63,458 nt of DNA from NCBI GenBank assembly GCA_963514005.1, contig CAUPSL010001045.1:1-63458 (forward strand). The letters are read 5' to 3'. Source of the DNA: Raja brachyura. Lineage: Eukaryota. Position 1 is the first letter of the stretch. Each line of letters opens with the position of its first letter. The translations under genes and the position numbers were made by a program. Under the pieces are notes generated by a model, which searched no databases, had not been told where the DNA came from, and was given only the letters and a program-made list of their open reading frames with translations. This document shows, one piece after another, positions 62,416 through 63,458 of this stretch.

Positions 62416-63458
62416 TACAAACTTAAAGCACACGGTATACAAACTTAAAGCACACGGTATTGGGAGTTCAGTATTCATGTGGATAGAGAACTGGCTAGCA
62501 GACAGGAGGCAAAGTGTAGGAGTAAACGGGTCCTTTTCAGAATGGCAGGCAGTGACTAGTGGGGTGCCGCAAGGCTCAGTGCTGGGACCCCAGCTATTTA
62601 CAATATATATTAATGATTTGGACGAGGGAATTCAATGCAACATCTCCAAATTTGCAGATGGCACCAAGCTGGGGGGTATAGTTAGATGTGAGGAGGATGC
62701 TTGGAGGCTGCAGGGTGACTTGGATAGGCTGAGTGAATGGGCAGATGCATTGCAGATGCAGTATAATGTGGATACATGTGAGGTTATCCACTTTGGTGGC
62801 AAAAACATGAGGGTAGACTATTATCTGAATGGTGGCGGATGAGGAAAAGGGGAGATGCAACGATACCTGGGTGTCATGGTACACCAGTCATTGAAAGTAG
62901 GCATGCAGGTGCAGCAGGCAGTGAAGAAAGCAAATGGTATGTTAGCATTCATAGCGAAAGGATTTGAGTATAGGAGCAGGGAGGTTCCACTGCAGTTGTA
63001 CAGGGTTTTGGTGAGGCCACGCCTGGAGTATTGCGTACAGTTTTGGTCTCCAAATCTGAGGAAAGATATCCTTGCCATAGAGGGGGTACAGAGAAGATTC
63101 ACCAGGCTGATTCCTGGGATGTCACGACTTTCATATGAGGAAAGACTGGATAGACCTGGCTTGTACTCGCTAGAATTTAGAAGACTGAGGGGGAATCTTA
63201 TAGAAACTTACAAAATTCTTAAGAGGTTGGATAGGGTAGATGCAGGAAGATTGTTTCCGATGTTGGGGAGGTCCAGAACAAGGGGTCACAGCTTAAGGTT
63301 AAGGGGGAATTCCTTTAGGACCGAGATGAGGAAAACATTTGTCACACAGAGAGTGGTGAGTCTCTGAAATTATCTGCCACAGAAGGTAGTTGAGGCCAGT
63401 TCATTGGCTGTATTTAACAGGAAGTTAGATGTGGCCCTTGTGGTTAAAGGGATCAGGG
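62416..63458 (+). mobile_element. CR1 3' portion (young family), runs off the window end
   Basis: GVPQGSVLGP, FADG; near identity to the reverse complement of 7255-8272. Confidence 0.92.

Overview
Vertebrate genomic DNA, very probably from a cartilaginous fish (skate/ray/shark). This is inferred from the GPR139-like receptor copies, the esterase-ORF1 CR1 LINEs with (ATAGAAAC)n tails and the repeat mix. Most of the window is transposon-derived: nested CR1s, Rex1/L2-like and Vingi-like LINE pieces, Penelope-like fragments, a near-complete DIRS tyrosine-recombinase retrotransposon (21691-26975), a Tc1 transposon, an RT-deleted Gypsy element, SINEs and satellites. Host content is (i) one intact two-exon GPR139-like class A GPCR (5243-3273, minus), (ii) four decayed GPR139-like remnants, (iii) one intact T-cell receptor alpha/delta-type V segment with leader exon and RSS (48704-48196, minus), and (iv) a truncated V pseudogene in a duplicated block. 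The main observations are that GPR139-like GPCR copies are interleaved with TCR V segments in locally duplicated cassettes, and that the DIRS element has a candidate 5'-UTR intron plus a hairpin-split ICR whose apex is complementary to that intron's donor. All calls are by eye, with no database searches. Boundaries of degraded repeats are approximate.
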